From a virus: a stretch of 64,000 bases of DNA. Under the pieces are notes generated by a model. The model was not told where the DNA came from. It ran no database searches and saw only the letters and a list, made by a program, of their open reading frames with translations. Of the stretch, positions 61,953-64,000 are shown one piece after another. Both the position numbers and the translations under genes were made by a program. Position 1 is the stretch's first letter, and each line of letters opens with the position of its first letter. The stretch spans positions 1 to 64,000 of IMG/VR virus record IMGVR_UViG_3300045451_000008; one strand, given 5' to 3'.

Positions 61953-62481
61953 GACTGTTCTACGAGGAAGAGTCCTGCTCACGCAGGATCGTTTCCGCGA
62001 TCTCCTGGCCATGGAACTTCTGCTCGTTGTTGACCACTTCCAGGAGCTTGTAGAGGAGCACCGCAGCGCCGTCGCTGTACAGGTGCTGCACCACGTGCAT
62101 CGTCACGTTGCCGGTATTGAAGTCCTGGTACGTGATCTTGTAGCGGTGCGTCTCCTCGTAGCCCTTCAGGCTCTCCAGCCTCCTGGCCACCCAGTGGGCG
62201 ATGACGTGGTCGTTGACCTTCAGGTCTCCGCTGAGCATGGTCGGTTCTCCTACCTGAGCCGGTTCAGCTCGGTCTCGATGAGGTCACGTTCTGCGTTGGA
62301 CAGCCCCGCGGCGATGGTCCGGATGGAGTCGAACACCTCCTGGGACCGAGCGAGCTGCTGCTTGTACGGCTTGGAGATGGTCTCGATGATGGTCGTCATG
62401 CGAGAGGCAACGGCCTCCGCGACGCCTTCGTCTACGAGGCGGTCGAATTCTTCTTGGGTCAGCTCCGTCATGCAGACGAAC

Positions 62482-62658
62482 CTAACGGACGATCACCAAG
62501 GTGTGCTCGTCCTCGTACGAGTAGCTGTAGTCGTTCCAGGCCACGTATGCCGAGCCCTCCTTGTGACCGACGACGAGACCGTTGAGGCCTGCGCGATCAG
62601 CCCGGAGGCTGGTGACCTTGGCGTGGAGGGGGACGGGGAATGCGGTGAGAGTGCTCAT
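62482..62658 (-). CDS. Small hypothetical protein (58 aa)
   Basis: Leaderless ATG 38 nt from the motif at 62696 (-); below the ORF-track cutoff. Confidence 0.6.
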   Translation of the reverse strand: MSTLTAFPVPLHAKVTSLRADRAGLNGLVVGHKEGSAYVAWNDYSYSYEDEHTLVIVR

Positions 62659-62893
62659 GAATTGAGCTTCTCATGGGAGTTGTCAGATGTCAACTCCACG
62701 GGCCTCGCTGCACTGCGGGTCTTGGCGGCACTGCCTGAGAGGGCCTGACGCAGCGCGTAGTAGAACCTCACGAGGTCCCGAGTCTCGACGTTGAATTCAA
62801 ACGGCGAAGCGCCCTGAGACGTCATGGTGATCTTCCAACCGTGCCGGGTGACGGCCAGGGTCGGGATCCACGTCTCAGGGCGCTTCTGGGGGC

Positions 62894-63250
62894 TCACAGG
62901 CTACCGTTCTCGACCTTCTTCAGGGAGAGGGTCTTGCTCGTCTTGAAGAACTTCTCCGCCGTGGTGGCGCCGAGCTGCTTGCGGATGGCCGCGGCGTCCG
63001 GCGCCGACTTGTACAGCTCGGGGAAGTCCTCCACACCGTACGCCGCCTGGAACTCCTTCGCATCCAGACGCGAGGTGAGGCCGATGGTGACCGAGACCTC
63101 CTCGTAGACGTAGGTCTTCTTCTCCGCCTCGAAGGCCTCCTTGATGCGGTCGGTCAGCTCCTTGTGCTCGGCCTCCAGCTTGTCGAGGCCGACCTTCAGC
63201 TTCAGCGCTCGGTCGAGGTCCGCCTGGGTGATGCCCTGGGGAAGTGCCAT
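62894..63250 (-). CDS. Hypothetical protein with an N-terminal coiled coil
   Basis: CAGGAG RBS; driven by the reverse face of the motif at 63301. Confidence 0.7.
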   Translation of the reverse strand: MALPQGITQADLDRALKLKVGLDKLEAEHKELTDRIKEAFEAEKKTYVYEEVSVTIGLTSRLDAKEFQAAYGVEDFPELYKSAPDAAAIRKQLGATTAEKFFKTSKTLSLKKVENGSL

Positions 63251-63339
63251 GGTGTGCTCCTGTGTGCTCGTGGTGACTTGGTACCTCCAAGGTATCAGAA
63301 GAGTTGACAGATGACAACTCCATCGGTCATGGTGACGGC

Positions 63340-63513
63340 ATGACCTTCATCGACTTCCTCACCATCTGCTTCATCGCAGCCTTCCTCCTCAGCGCGCTCA
63401 TCCTGGGCCTCGGCATCCGGGAGATGGTCCGTGGGAACCGGCCCCTGCCCGCCCTCCACGAGCAGATCGACTGGACCTCGCGTGCGGAGGTGACATCTGA
63501 CCACTCCCAGTGA
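63340..63513 (+). CDS. Small membrane protein
   Basis: Leaderless ATG after the motif at 63301; N-terminal TM segment. Confidence 0.6.
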   Translation: MTFIDFLTICFIAAFLLSALILGLGIREMVRGNRPLPALHEQIDWTSRAEVTSDHSQ

Positions 63514-63525
63514 TACCCTGGGCTA

Positions 63526-63582
63526 GAAGCCCCCTGGATGATCTGTGCCCCCACACTTCTGTGCAAACCAGGGGGCTTCTTC
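63526..63582 (+). ncRNA. Candidate ~57-nt small RNA or leader (promoter followed immediately by a terminator hairpin)
   Basis: GTGACA-N18-TACCCT with extended TG, then AGAAGCCCCCTGG/CCAGGGGGCTTCT stem around a ~30-nt loop. Confidence 0.4.
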
Positions 63583-64000
63583 ATGCCCGCTTGCGTTTCG
63601 CGGATGCTCCGGGTTAGCCTGCTCGCGCACAGATGTGTGGGGGGCGACAGCTCAGCCACTCCAAGCTCGATTCCCAGTCAGACTCCCGGACCAAGTTCCC
63701 GGAGGACACGGACGAAGAGGTTGGACAGGCCTCTCCTACCTCGTGAAGACGATGGCGTCTCACGTTGTCCCCAGGAAGCGAAAGCTGGCCTGGGGGGTAG
63801 GGGGGCTCTGCCCAACATCCAGCTCTTCAAACCCGTCTCCTCCACGAACCAAGTTCTTTCAAGATCAAGAACAAGATCTTGAATCAAGAGGCCAGAGCTA
63901 TGCCCTAAGCTGGCGGAGCTGGGTCACCTTCCTGCTCAGCGAAGATGTGGGTCCGAGTGGCTTGTCCTGCCTTGCTGCTAACAGGGATCGAGGACCCACA

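Larger units (their letters stand above)
11881..63506. promoter_or_regulatory. Dispersed 20-bp quasi-palindromic promoter/operator GAGTTGACA-NN-TG(A/T)CAAC(TC/CA), 22 copies
   Basis: Starts at 11881, 13666, 16593, 19509, 20853, 25354, 26032, 27451, 30972, 33205, 34734, 36860, 37941, 40815, 44001, 46198, 50075, 51340 (+), 59552, 62677 (-), 63301 (both), 63487 (variant). Typically TTGACA, 17-18 nt, a -10-like hexamer (CATACT, CACACT, CAGACT, TAGCCT, TAACGT), then usually ATG 6-7 nt later. Confidence 0.9.

Noticed and set aside
11881-63506. The 20-bp palindromic repeat as a CRISPR array or IS ends
   Set aside because: Copies are hundreds to thousands of bases apart, sit at fixed distances from start codons, and have no uniform spacers or associated transposase.
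1-64000. Prophage or temperate lifestyle, and exact host genus
   Set aside because: No integrase, att site or flanking host genes in the window; the host can only be inferred broadly as Actinomycetota.

Overview
This window is part of a high-GC dsDNA phage genome, most likely an actinobacteriophage (Lsr2 gene, leaderless promoters, amidase endolysin). No integrase, capsid, terminase or rRNA gene is visible. Bases 1-11.9 kb encode tail appendage and carbohydrate-active proteins (beta-helix, collagen-like, FN3+SGNH esterase, LamG, CBM-like), interrupted by tRNA-Asn(GTT) and tRNA-Gln(CTG). Bases 11.9-53.3 kb are a + strand run of many small ORFs, including Lsr2, a half-Rad50 ATPase, a HIT hydrolase, an amidase, a dNMP kinase, HAD phosphatases and an Acb1-like phosphoesterase. 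Bases 53.3-63.3 kb are - strand DNA and NAD metabolism genes: beta clamp, Cas4-like nuclease, a NARP1-like NAMPT/PRPS pair, Mre11 and HNH. The best candidate for a novel system is a leaderless 13-aa Asn/Gln-rich leader peptide with attenuator-like alternative hairpins directly upstream of the cognate tRNA-Asn and tRNA-Gln genes (7961-8241). Other signals are 22 copies of a palindromic -35 promoter/operator, a dispersed AAGAWTCTT motif, a second promoter-like motif on recombination genes, and several paralogous small-protein families. All calls come from reading motifs by eye; no searches or folding were run.
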